From: Microcystis aeruginosa NIES-2549 | Lineage (GTDB): Bacteria > Cyanobacteriota > Cyanobacteriia > Cyanobacteriales > Microcystaceae | Assembly: GCF_000981785.2 (NCBI RefSeq) | Contig: NZ_CP011304.1 | Coordinates: 3,600,001-3,632,000, forward strand | DNA: 32,000 nt | Direction of reading: 5' to 3' | Shown here: one piece after another, positions 1-10,676 of the stretch | Position numbering within the stretch: position 1 is the stretch's first letter | How the letters are laid out: every line of letters starts with the position of its first letter | Notes under the pieces: model-generated | Told to the model about the DNA's origin: nothing | The model's input: the letters and a program-made list of their open reading frames with translations, nothing else | The model's database searches: none | Position numbers and translations under genes: made by a program

Positions 1-1108
1 GGGTTGTTCGGTTATCAAAATAGGCAGTTATTTCGTCAATCCACCGCCGAATTGTCTGGCAGCTTTTAGGAAAGTAAGCCATCGCCTTTTTGAGCCAATC
101 ACTCAAGGCAAATAATCCCTCATTCCCCTCCGTATTTTTCTCAAATACTTCTCTAAATTCCTCTTTTAATTTGTGCATTTCCCCAAGTTTTGGAGACACT
201 TTATATATTTCTTCCAATTTTTTCCTTTCTTTCTCTACTAAGTCTCCTTCATTCTTTAATAAGGCATATTTGCTCTTGGCTATTCCTGCTAAGATATTTT
301 CTTTATTTTTCTTGTTTTTTATCTTAGCTGCCTCTCTTTTTACCTCCTTTCTTGCTTCATCTAGCTCGTTATTTACTTGTTTCATTACATGGAATCTATC
401 CCCTACTATTTGAGCTTGAGGCATTAGTTTTTCTGCCACATTTTTATACCCTATCCACAGGTCTATACTTACTTCCTCTATTTGGCTCAAAACCTCTTCT
501 CCCCAGTGTTTCAGGTATTCTGTTAATGCTTCTTCTGTTCTTTTTTCCCCTAAGCCTATAATTTTTCCTGTGTCTATATTTACTAACACAGCATAGTAAT
601 TTCCTTTTCCCTTTATCATGGCTATTTCATCTATTCCTAGTTTTTTTAGCCCTTGAGGTTTTGCGGTTATTAACTCTTCTCCTAAGTCTTTGAGCATCGT
701 CTCTATTTCTTGTTCGCTTACTCCATTTCTTTCTGCCGTATTTTTGAGATCACTATTCAGGACTTCGGCCACTATTTTTTTTCTAAATCTGTCTGTGTAG
801 GTTCTTTTCTTCGGCAAATAATTTAGTTCTTCTGTGAATTTTTTCCCACATTTCTCGCATCTCATCTGACGACGATTGATTCTCAGATATAATGCCTGTT
901 CTCCAAAGGGTAAATCTCGGATTGTTAATTCATTGTTTTGATGAACTTTTTCCGTTTTACTTCCACAATGAATGCACTGGCTTTCTCTTGACATATTTTC
1001 TAAATGTAAAACAATTCCTATATCGGTAATAATTTGATAATTGGTAACGACAACTCCTTCTAGGTGAAGTAGCTCGGTCATTAACTTTAATTGTGGATTT
1101 GATGGCAT
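1..1108 (-). CDS. ISL3-family transposase; the 3' end runs off the window (absent from the supplied ORF track)
   Basis: My own translation of the minus strand from ATG 1108..1106 stays open to position 1 (about 369 codons): MPSNPQLKLMTELLHLEG..CIHCGSK..CEKCGKKF..GIDEIAM..VGDRFHVMKQV..RRWIDEITAYFDNRTT. Two CxxC zinc-finger motifs plus GIDE and DRFHV motifs are typical of ISL3 transposases. Confidence 0.8.
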   Translation of the reverse strand, partial: MPSNPQLKLMTELLHLEGVVVTNYQIITDIGIVLHLENMSRESQCIHCGSKTEKVHQNNELTIRDLPFGEQALYLRINRRQMRCEKCGKKFTEELNYLPKKRTYTDRFRKKIVAEVLNSDLKNTAERNGVSEQEIETMLKDLGEELITAKPQGLKKLGIDEIAMIKGKGNYYAVLVNIDTGKIIGLGEKRTEEALTEYLKHWGEEVLSQIEEVSIDLWIGYKNVAEKLMPQAQIVGDRFHVMKQVNNELDEARKEVKREAAKIKNKKNKENILAGIAKSKYALLKNEGDLVEKERKKLEEIYKVSPKLGEMHKLKEEFREVFEKNTEGNEGLFALSDWLKKAMAYFPKSCQTIRRWIDEITAYFDNRTT

Positions 1109-1272
1109 AAGTATAGCTTGTGTCTAAAATTGCTGGTCTTGGCTGTCTATATTTTAAACAATAAATTGCTGTATTGCAAGCATAGTCAGCTTTTAAAGAT
1201 AAATTATTGTTTTATTGGTCAGCAATAATTGTCTGTTTTTTTTTAATTTTACATGACAAGTTCGGAAGAGCC
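1..1272 (-). mobile_element. ISL3-family insertion sequence (partial; right terminus at 1272)
   Basis: Minus-strand terminus GGCTCTTCCGAACTTG (1272..1257) resembles ISL3-type terminal inverted repeats. The transposase gene starts 164 nt inside. The element abuts a 32-nt spacer-like segment (1273-1304) and the first CRISPR repeat. Confidence 0.65.
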
Positions 1273-1304
1273 AACATCTATTGATACTCCCGTCTCGATT
1301 ACAG

Positions 1305-4300
1305 GTTTCAATCCCTAATAGGGTTTAAGATTAATTGGAACAAATTCAGGGTATTTTGGCTTAAATCCCCAAAATTGTTTCAATCCCTAATAGGGTTTAA
1401 GATTAATTGGAACTAGGGTGTAAAGAGTCGATACATAGCACATATCCCGTTTCAATCCCTAATAGGGTTTAAGATTAATTGGAACACGGTTCAACCGACC
1501 TAAAACAACTATTAGCAGGGGGTTTCAATCCCTAATAGGGTTTAAGATTAATTGGAACGTTTTTCGGCTATTTTTAGCCCAATTCTGTAGGAGTTTCAAT
1601 CCCTAATAGGGTTTAAGATTAATTGGAACAAGTGGAATTAATGCTTAAAAATACTGCTGAATTGGTTTCAATCCCTAATAGGGTTTAAGATTAATTGGAA
1701 CAGGTAACTGACTAGGGACGGTATCAGGCGAATTAGTTTCAATCCCTAATAGGGTTTAAGATTAATTGGAACTCGGAACACTCAAGGATGCCCTAATCTC
1801 GTTGTTTGTTTCAATCCCTAATAGGGTTTAAGATTAATTGGAACTATTTCTAGAGATTTTAGGGTAATTTCTAGGATCGGTTTCAATCCCTAATAGGGTT
1901 TAAGATTAATTGGAACACCCCGCAGCACTCGGATCGATTTACGATTACCTGTTTCAATCCCTAATAGGGTTTAAGATTAATTGGAACCTGTATCGTGCCG
2001 TCGATTTCATCCCCATAGATGTTTCAATCCCTAATAGGGTTTAAGATTAATTGGAACCCCGTTGCCAGTCAGGTCTGTCGCGCCTGAAACTGTTTCAATC
2101 CCTAATAGGGTTTAAGATTAATTGGAACAATCAGCAAAGTGTTAAGGCTAGAATGGCGCGATGTTTCAATCCCTAATAGGGTTTAAGATTAATTGGAACC
2201 TTGTTTTATTTGGTATCCACTCGATAATATCGTTGTTTCAATCCCTAATAGGGTTTAAGATTAATTGGAACTTTCTTTTTCTTTCGATTGGGGCCGGGAG
2301 TGTCTAGGTTTCAATCCCTAATAGGGTTTAAGATTAATTGGAACCCGGGACGGACGGTTATCTACTCAAGCTATCTATGTTTCAATCCCTAATAGGGTTT
2401 AAGATTAATTGGAACTCGATCGCCGCGTCGATCTTTTCCTCGAAGTTGGGCGTTTCAATCCCTAATAGGGTTTAAGATTAATTGGAACTCGGATCCGAGT
2501 CGGTACGACTGCCAGAAAACTTGTTTCAATCCCTAATAGGGTTTAAGATTAATTGGAACAGTGAGGGTCATCCCTACTACGCGCCCGTTAAGGAGTTTCA
2601 ATCCCTAATAGGGTTTAAGATTAATTGGAACTTGGGAAAATACCATTATGTTTGGTGATGAAGTCGATGGGTTTCAATCCCTAATAGGGTTTAAGATTAA
2701 TTGGAACGTTTGATACTGCAATTATACCTATTTGTGATTATGTTTCAATCCCTAATAGGGTTTAAGATTAATTGGAACTTATAGACGTTCCGCGAATACT
2801 ACTTTAGCCCGTGGTTTCAATCCCTAATAGGGTTTAAGATTAATTGGAACAAAGTCCATCAACACATATATGTGTTGATTTTCGGTTTCAATCCCTAATA
2901 GGGTTTAAGATTAATTGGAACAAAAGGCCAGGATTTTACCCTATCTGTACTCGATGTTTCAATCCCTAATAGGGTTTAAGATTAATTGGAACACTTTATA
3001 CAAGATACTTATACATACTTTATACAAGTTTCAATCCCTAATAGGGTTTAAGATTAATTGGAACTCGAGGGTCGCTGGTAATATAAAATAAATCCGTGTT
3101 TCAATCCCTAATAGGGTTTAAGATTAATTGGAACATAATTTAGAAGACTCGATCGATATCCAATCGCTGTTTCAATCCCTAATAGGGTTTAAGATTAATT
3201 GGAACATCTAACTGTGACACTTTGAGAATTGGCACTCGATGTTTCAATCCCTAATAGGGTTTAAGATTAATTGGAACAAGAATGATGATGCTTCTTTTCT
3301 GTTTTTAGCCTTGTTTCAATCCCTAATAGGGTTTAAGATTAATTGGAACCAGGTCTAATAATTCAAGCCCTGTCTCGTTAAGGTTTCAATCCCTAATAGG
3401 GTTTAAGATTAATTGGAACGAAAAAGGGGTGAACCCGAAGGTAACTCGTGGGATTTTGTTTCAATCCCTAATAGGGTTTAAGATTAATTGGAACTAACCT
3501 ACTCTTTCCATATTTCTTCTCAAGCTGGTGTTTCAATCCCTAATAGGGTTTAAGATTAATTGGAACAAGAATTTTTTCGAGATTGGGAGAAATAGGAAGT
3601 GTTTCAATCCCTAATAGGGTTTAAGATTAATTGGAACGTTTCCTCTGATGAGGAAGCGGTGGTTTTTTATGAGTTTCAATCCCTAATAGGGTTTAAGATT
3701 AATTGGAACTCAGGATCAAAAGAATTGGGATTAAGATGTAAAAGTTTCAATCCCTAATAGGGTTTAAGATTAATTGGAACATCAATCAAGAAACTCAAGA
3801 AAGCAATCAAGAAAGTTTCAATCCCTAATAGGGTTTAAGATTAATTGGAACTAGGTGAGATGCTGAAAAATAAACCCGTCTCTATCTGTTTCAATCCCTA
3901 ATAGGGTTTAAGATTAATTGGAACATTGTTCCCGTTGCCGGTCAAGTCTTTTGCCCCGGTTTCAATCCCTAATAGGGTTTAAGATTAATTGGAACCTGCT
4001 AATTTAGCGACTCCTTTAAATGGTATCGTGTTTCAATCCCTAATAGGGTTTAAGATTAATTGGAACCGGTAGCAATTAGAACTTTACTAGAATCCTCTTT
4101 AGTTTCAATCCCTAATAGGGTTTAAGATTAATTGGAACCAGTACACCGGCGATTATATCATTTACAGAATTGTCGTTTCAATCCCTAATAGGGTTTAAGA
4201 TTAATTGGAACAGTACAAATAAAAGATTATGTAACTTTTATTAGTGTTTCAATCCCTAATAGGGTTTAAGATTAATTGGAACCGTTTTTAACGGTTTTGG

Positions 4301-6944
4301 GTTTCGTATCCTGATCGAGTTTCAATCCCTAATAGGGTTTAAGATTAATTGGAACTAAAAAACCATTATTTAGAAGCAAGAAAAAATGCCTGTTTCAATC
4401 CCTAATAGGGTTTAAGATTAATTGGAACCCTTTACCAGACCGGCATAATTCAAGGAATTGGCGTTTCAATCCCTAATAGGGTTTAAGATTAATTGGAACA
4501 TTGGGTGCGATACCCGTATCCTTGATAAATCGGTAGTTTCAATCCCTAATAGGGTTTAAGATTAATTGGAACTACCCTGGAATCATCGGGATTTGAAATC
4601 AAAGGCGGGTTTCAATCCCTAATAGGGTTTAAGATTAATTGGAACGGTTCAACCGACCTAAAACAACTATTAGCAGGGGGTTTCAATCCCTAATAGGGTT
4701 TAAGATTAATTGGAACTGGATAGTTTACATCGCTTTTATCTATCAGAAAGTTTCAATCCCTAATAGGGTTTAAGATTAATTGGAACATGGTGTTTTTTGT
4801 AGTCCATATTTTGATATTTCTGTTTCAATCCCTAATAGGGTTTAAGATTAATTGGAACGAAAAAGAATTTGAGAGAAATAAGAGAAGATTTGGTTTCAAT
4901 CCCTAATAGGGTTTAAGATTAATTGGAACCTATCAGAAAAACTGTTTTATCTGTTGCCACTAAGTTTCAATCCCTAATAGGGTTTAAGATTAATTGGAAC
5001 TTGTATAGTGTCAAGAGTTTTATTCTAAGTAGTGGTTTCAATCCCTAATAGGGTTTAAGATTAATTGGAACATTAATACTATCTTCTCTATTTCTTTTTG
5101 AATTTTGTGTTTCAATCCCTAATAGGGTTTAAGATTAATTGGAACCTGTTTTTTGCTTGCCAGACCTTAATGCAACTGTGTTTCAATCCCTAATAGGGTT
5201 TAAGATTAATTGGAACTTCATGGCACGTCAAACTATTTATTAAGCAATGAGTTTCAATCCCTAATAGGGTTTAAGATTAATTGGAACTTTATTAGATTTT
5301 TTTTGTGCTATCATAGTAGAATGTTTCAATCCCTAATAGGGTTTAAGATTAATTGGAACCCTCGCTGGTTTCCTTTAGTTTTTTGATGTTTTCCGTTTCA
5401 ATCCCTAATAGGGTTTAAGATTAATTGGAACCCCCCCTTCCCCCTCCGGCCCGACCGGCGATCGAGTTTCAATCCCTAATAGGGTTTAAGATTAATTGGA
5501 ACAGCATTAAAGGGGGATAAGGTTATCCCCCCAGCGAGTTTCAATCCCTAATAGGGTTTAAGATTAATTGGAACATGGCGCGGCCGATGATGCTTTTTCC
5601 TTCCCCTGTTTCAATCCCTAATAGGGTTTAAGATTAATTGGAACTAACATAAAATTCCCATCGGTTCCATCTTCTACTGTTTCAATCCCTAATAGGGTTT
5701 AAGATTAATTGGAACTATTCCCGTCGCTATGTGATTAAGAACAGTCCCTTGTTTCAATCCCTAATAGGGTTTAAGATTAATTGGAACAATCAGGAAACTG
5801 TAGAGACTGACTCAATAGATGGTTTCAATCCCTAATAGGGTTTAAGATTAATTGGAACTCGAAAAAGAATTTGAGAGAAATAAAAGAAGATTTGGTTTCA
5901 ATCCCTAATAGGGTTTAAGATTAATTGGAACAAGCATTGACTCGATTTGTTCATACTTAAAATCGGTTTCAATCCCTAATAGGGTTTAAGATTAATTGGA
6001 ACGTTTTGATATTGAAAATAAGGATAATAATTGTTATCTGTTTCAATCCCTAATAGGGTTTAAGATTAATTGGAACGTCTGAAAGTCTTGCTAGAAGCAA
6101 GTTTCAAAAAGTTTCAATCCCTAATAGGGTTTAAGATTAATTGGAACACGCTACCTACTGCATAACCCAGATACCCTAAAGTTTCAATCCCTAATAGGGT
6201 TTAAGATTAATTGGAACTCTCTTTATGAAGGGGAATCGGGCATCTTAATCAAGTTTCAATCCCTAATAGGGTTTAAGATTAATTGGAACGTTCCGTCCTC
6301 TACTGACTGTTTAAAAGTGTCACTGTTTCAATCCCTAATAGGGTTTAAGATTAATTGGAACTTGGAACGACCGATTACCTCTCTCTCATGAAACCTTACG
6401 GAGTTTCAATCCCTAATAGGGTTTAAGATTAATTGGAACTCCACTGATAACGATAGAATTAATATCATCTAATGTTTCAATCCCTAATAGGGTTTAAGAT
6501 TAATTGGAACAGCAATGGCTTTAATATGTGGGCATTCAAGCCGGTTTCAATCCCTAATAGGGTTTAAGATTAATTGGAACGCGATCGCATGGCTGATCGT
6601 CTAAATCGGACTATTGTTTCAATCCCTAATAGGGTTTAAGATTAATTGGAACTGCCCATCAAACATTGTTTGCTGGCGGTTTTATTGTTTCAATCCCTAA
6701 TAGGGTTTAAGATTAATTGGAACTCTCAGAATAATGTGGCGGGTGCGGTCAATCTTCTTCAACGTTTCAATCCCTAATAGGGTTTAAGATTAATTGGAAC
6801 TTGATAGTCTGATCCTGGTACAATATCATTAGTCACGTTTCAATCCCTAATAGGGTTTAAGATTAATTGGAACGTGACTAACGTGATTGCGTTAGGCAAT
6901 GTCCCTTGTTTCAATCCCTAATAGGGTTTAAGATTAATTGGAAC
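1305..6944 (-). CRISPR. CRISPR array segment A (leader-distal): 79 identical 37-nt repeats with spacers of 33-41 nt
   Basis: Manual enumeration of GTTTCAATCCCTAATAGGGTTTAAGATTAATTGGAAC (+ strand) at a period of about 70-78 nt. The minus-strand reading ends in ATTGAAAC, the usual Cas6 8-nt handle, and matches the cas gene orientation. Confidence 0.97.
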
Positions 6945-6983
6945 TGTAAAGCTGGTACAACCTTTTTTCGCTCGATCCATGTT

Positions 6984-8258
6984 CTGGGAGGGGGACAAGC
7001 CAGCTAGAAGGTAGATAGAGCAAGCGATATAGCTCTTTGTCCCTTGATGTAATCTTTCAACCGATAGCGGCTAATTTGCATTAGCTCTTCTATATTTTTT
7101 TGGAACATTTGATGTAGCTGGAGCCAATGATAGAGATGTTGACCCACATAAAAACTGCTGTGTCTGCGTTGACCTTTATATCTTTTTTCAGGTCTTGTGA
7201 CATATTTTTGGATTCCCATATCCTTAATTTTTTTACCTTGTAGTGTGGCACTTGTATAGGCGATAGCTATAACAATTATCAGCTTTGATAAGTATTGGGG
7301 TGCTAATTGAGAACCTTCTAAGCTATAGCCTCCCGACTTAAAATCTCGGAACATCTCCTCAATATCAAATCTTTTTTGATAGGCAATTATTGCCGTCTCT
7401 AAATCCACAAAATTTGTCAGAATATACCAAGGTTCTTTTGTTTGAAAACCCCCATAGGTTTTTTTCCACTTACCAGCTAAGTTAAACTGTCCAAATCCCT
7501 GCTCTTTTGTAATATTGACATCATTCAAAAATAGTTGAGTTCCTGGACTTAAACCTAACTCTCTCATTTCTTGATAAATTCCTTCTTTTGTCTTGACATT
7601 TGTACTTTTTTTTTGTCTTAAGCAAAAGTATAAACTCTGCTTCTGAAGCCACTTTCCAAGACTGACCGAGCAAAATTCTCTATCTCCTAACACCACTATT
7701 TTATGACCTGATAGCACGGTCAATGTTTTTTCTAATACTCGCTGCTGTTCTTCGAGATTACTACTTCCTTTTTTATCTAATATCTCCCAATAGATTGGGA
7801 TGGCTCTCTTGTCATAAATTAGACTCACCATCAAGATATTTATTGCTCCCCAACTTGTCCGGTCTATGGCAATATACGCTAATCCTTTTGTTGTGAATCT
7901 CTGCTGCTGTTTTAACATCTCTTTTAGGCAGAGAAACCAGATTTTTTCAATATTCAGAATTTCCAGCTTTAAAAATCTTTTTAGTTTTTTTCTCCGACTC
8001 TCAAACAGGATTGGTATTGGTAAGGCTTCAGCTAATATCTCTAACTTAGCTTGCTTTAGTATTTGCAAGGTTCCAACTATCATTAACAACAGTAGATATC
8101 TGGCTCGTCCCAGTTCATTTTCTAACACTTTCTGGTATAGTTCACTTATCATTTTCGTTATTTAGGTCATATATGGTAAATATGACTTATCTTTTTTTGG
8201 AGTCTGTGTCTGTATTTTATGCTACATAAGCTTTTCAGCTTGCTTGTCCCCCTGTCAG
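6984..8258 (-). mobile_element. IS4-family insertion sequence inserted at a spacer/repeat junction
   Basis: Imperfect terminal IRs CTGGGAGGGGGACAAGCCAGC (6984-7004) and GCTTGCTTGTCCCCCTGTCAG (8238-8258). A 9-bp direct duplication ATCCATGTT occurs at 6975-6983 and 8259-8267. Confidence 0.9.
7004..8152 (-). CDS. IS4-family DDE transposase
   Basis: 382-aa ORF with DRTSWG.., ..LGDREF.. and the Y-x2-R-x3-E-x6-K signature (AYQKRFDIEEMFRDFK) typical of IS4-family transposases. Confidence 0.85.
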   Translation of the reverse strand: MISELYQKVLENELGRARYLLLLMIVGTLQILKQAKLEILAEALPIPILFESRRKKLKRFLKLEILNIEKIWFLCLKEMLKQQQRFTTKGLAYIAIDRTSWGAINILMVSLIYDKRAIPIYWEILDKKGSSNLEEQQRVLEKTLTVLSGHKIVVLGDREFCSVSLGKWLQKQSLYFCLRQKKSTNVKTKEGIYQEMRELGLSPGTQLFLNDVNITKEQGFGQFNLAGKWKKTYGGFQTKEPWYILTNFVDLETAIIAYQKRFDIEEMFRDFKSGGYSLEGSQLAPQYLSKLIIVIAIAYTSATLQGKKIKDMGIQKYVTRPEKRYKGQRRHSSFYVGQHLYHWLQLHQMFQKNIEELMQISRYRLKDYIKGQRAISLALSTF

Positions 8259-8264
8259 ATCCAT

Positions 8265-8953
8265 GTTTCAATCCCTAATAGGGTTTAAGATTAATTGGAA
8301 CCCTTGCCCACTGACGCACAAAAGCAATTAAACAAGTTTCAATCCCTAATAGGGTTTAAGATTAATTGGAACTTTCGCTTGATTGGTACTCCAGACAAGG
8401 AAAATGTTTCAATCCCTAATAGGGTTTAAGATTAATTGGAACTTTGGTGTTGCAAGAGTGTCCAGATTTGGTACGCCGGTTTCAATCCCTAATAGGGTTT
8501 AAGATTAATTGGAACGTGGTATGTGAGCATTACCCATGATCAGGATTCGTTTCAATCCCTAATAGGGTTTAAGATTAATTGGAACAGAACAAAATATTGT
8601 CTATTCTATTACGAGAATAGGTTTCAATCCCTAATAGGGTTTAAGATTAATTGGAACAAGTGCGATTGTGGTGGTCGGTGTTGCTGCAGTGTGGAGTTTC
8701 AATCCCTAATAGGGTTTAAGATTAATTGGAACTAATGTCAATATCTCTGGAAGTTGGCAAAATAAGGTTTCAATCCCTAATAGGGTTTAAGATTAATTGG
8801 AACCTTTTTCGCCATTGTCACGTCTTACACAGTCGATGTTTCAATCCCTAATAGGGTTTAAGATTAATTGGAACGTTATCAGTAATTAACCCATTTAGGA
8901 GTACCAAAAAATGACTGTTTCAATCCCTAATAGGGTTTAAGATTAATTGGAAC
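8265..8953 (-). CRISPR. CRISPR array segment B: 10 repeats
   Basis: Same 37-nt repeat, starting at 8265, 8336, 8406, 8479, 8549, 8621, 8696, 8767, 8838 and 8917. Spacers are 33-42 nt. Confidence 0.97.
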
Positions 8954-8970
8954 ATCTATTGTCCCTTAGC

Positions 8971-10664
8971 TAATTAGGGTTTGCTGAATAATGGTAAAAA
9001 CCTTACAGGAAAGGGCTTTTAGCTTGATTGAGAGCTTCCCAAATGCACTTAAATCTGCTAGAATCTCTTAAAACCCTTGCATCACCCTTGCATCTTCTCT
9101 AATTAGTGCTAATGTACCGTAAAAGCGAGTTACCCTCAACCCCACCAGAAAACTTCGAGCTGCCCTTTGAGGGGAAATTATCCCAAGACAATCGTTGGGT
9201 AATTATGGCCAACCTCATTCCCTGGTCAGAATTTGAAGCGGAATACGCATCACTTTTTTCAGAAGAAATGGGCACACCCGCCAAAACATTCAGGACAGCA
9301 CTCGGAGCATTAATTATTAAAGAAAAATTAGGAACAAGCGATAGAGAAACGGTAGAACAAATCAAAGAAAATCCTTATTTACAATACTTCTTGGGGTTTT
9401 CATCCTACAGCAATGAACCCCGGTTTGAAGCGTCAATGTTGGTTCACTTTCGAGAAAGAATCACTCTGGAACTAATTAATAAAGTGAATCGCTTTATGGT
9501 CAAAAATTCGAGAGAAATAAAAGAAGAAGAAAATACCGAAAAAAAGTTAGAGAGCGAAACCCAAAGTCAACCAGAAAATCGAGGTAAATTAATTTTAGAT
9601 GCCAGTTGTGCGCCCGCAGATATTAGTTATCCTACGGATTTAAACCTGTTAAATCAAGGAAGAAAACAAACCGAAAAAATTATTGATATTCTCTATGAAA
9701 CTTTAAAAGGAAAACTTGTTCAAAAACCGAGAACCTATCGTCTTCTAGCCAGAAAAAGTTATTTAGAAGTAGCGAAAAAAAGAAAACCTACCGTCAAACA
9801 AAGACGAAAAGCTCTGAAAAGACAACTGCAATATCTGAAAAGAAATCTCGACCATATTGAACAACTTTTAGCAGAAGGAGCCTCTCTACAAAGCTTGAAA
9901 AAAAGAGACTATAAGCTGTTATTAGTAGTCACAGAAGTTTATCGCCAACAACTCTGGATGTACCAAAATAACAAACAGAGTATTGAAGACAGAATTGTCA
10001 GCTTAACTCAACCCCACATCCGTCCGATAGTCAGAGGAAAAGCTGGAAAACCCGTAGAATTTGGGGCTAAATTCTCAGCAAGCTGTATAGATGGTTACAT
10101 ATTTTTAGACCGAATTAGTTGGGATAACTTTAATGAATCAGGAGATTTAAAAGCACAAATAGAAGCTTATTATGACTATACAGGATACTATCCAGAATCA
10201 GTTCATGTGGACAAAATTTATCGAACCAGAGAAAACCGAGCTTGGTGTAAAGAAAGGGGAATCAGAATCAGTGGTCCCCCATTAGGAAGACCAGCCAAAA
10301 ATGTTAGTAAAGAACAAAAGAAACAAGCTACCGATGATGAGAGGATTCGGAATTGTATAGAGGGCAAATTTGGACAGGGGAAAAGAAGATTTAGCTTAGG
10401 TAAAGTGATGGCTAAACTTCCTCATACTTCCTTTTCAGCGATTGCTATTACTTTTTTAGTCATGAATCTTTCTAACCTGTTGAGGCAGGTTTTTTGGGCT
10501 TTTTTATGTCTGAAATGGAAAAACAGCACTTTTTCTCGGTCAATGATTAGGATAAGTTATAACTTAAAAATTAATCAACAACTAAAGCTTATGCTTGTAG
10601 CTAAGTGAAATCATTGATTAAGAGACCTGTACTTTTCAATGACTTTTTCAGCAAACCCTAATTA
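8971..10664 (+). mobile_element. IS5/IS1182-superfamily insertion sequence inserted inside a spacer
   Basis: Perfect terminal inverted repeat TAATTAGGGTTTGCTGAA (8971-8988) and TTCAGCAAACCCTAATTA (10647-10664). It is flanked by spacer fragments of 17 nt (8954-8970) and 12 nt (10665-10676). The exact target duplication is ambiguous because the IR tip TAATTA is palindromic. Confidence 0.85.
9112..10608 (+). CDS. IS5/IS1182-like DDE transposase (DUF772-type N-terminus)
   Basis: About 498-aa ORF. The N-terminus MYRKSELPSTPPENFELPF..RWVIMANLIPWSEFEAEY..ENPYLQYFLGF is typical of this transposase group. ATG 9112 is preferred over the track's GTG 9106. Confidence 0.75.
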   Translation: MYRKSELPSTPPENFELPFEGKLSQDNRWVIMANLIPWSEFEAEYASLFSEEMGTPAKTFRTALGALIIKEKLGTSDRETVEQIKENPYLQYFLGFSSYSNEPRFEASMLVHFRERITLELINKVNRFMVKNSREIKEEENTEKKLESETQSQPENRGKLILDASCAPADISYPTDLNLLNQGRKQTEKIIDILYETLKGKLVQKPRTYRLLARKSYLEVAKKRKPTVKQRRKALKRQLQYLKRNLDHIEQLLAEGASLQSLKKRDYKLLLVVTEVYRQQLWMYQNNKQSIEDRIVSLTQPHIRPIVRGKAGKPVEFGAKFSASCIDGYIFLDRISWDNFNESGDLKAQIEAYYDYTGYYPESVHVDKIYRTRENRAWCKERGIRISGPPLGRPAKNVSKEQKKQATDDERIRNCIEGKFGQGKRRFSLGKVMAKLPHTSFSAIAITFLVMNLSNLLRQVFWAFLCLKWKNSTFSRSMIRISYNLKINQQLKLMLVAK

Positions 10665-10676
10665 CCAGCAATAGAA

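Noticed and set aside
90-561. Two + strand ORFs (107 aa and 69 aa) with low-complexity S/F/L-rich products
   Set aside because: They lie antisense to the clearly coding ISL3 transposase frame on the minus strand. They are shadow ORFs of an A-rich coding strand.
6801-6907. Adjacent spacers whose repeat-proximal 8 nt are reverse complements (..TTAGTCAC / GTGACTAA..), extending the repeat's flanks into a long inverted repeat
   Set aside because: The similarity beyond 8 nt is weak (about 13/16, then none). It is most simply coincidence or the same short motif in two targets, and not enough to claim a structure.
7866-8165. 99-aa + strand ORF inside the IS4 element
   Set aside because: It is antisense to the IS4 transposase gene and has no SD or domain signal.
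8523-8735. 70-aa + strand ORF
   Set aside because: It is a translation of CRISPR repeats. The peptide FQSLIGFKINWN recurs once per repeat, so it is an artefact.
9099-9365. 88-aa minus-strand ORF at the start of the IS5/IS1182-like element
   Set aside because: It is antisense to the transposase N-terminus, so it is a shadow ORF.
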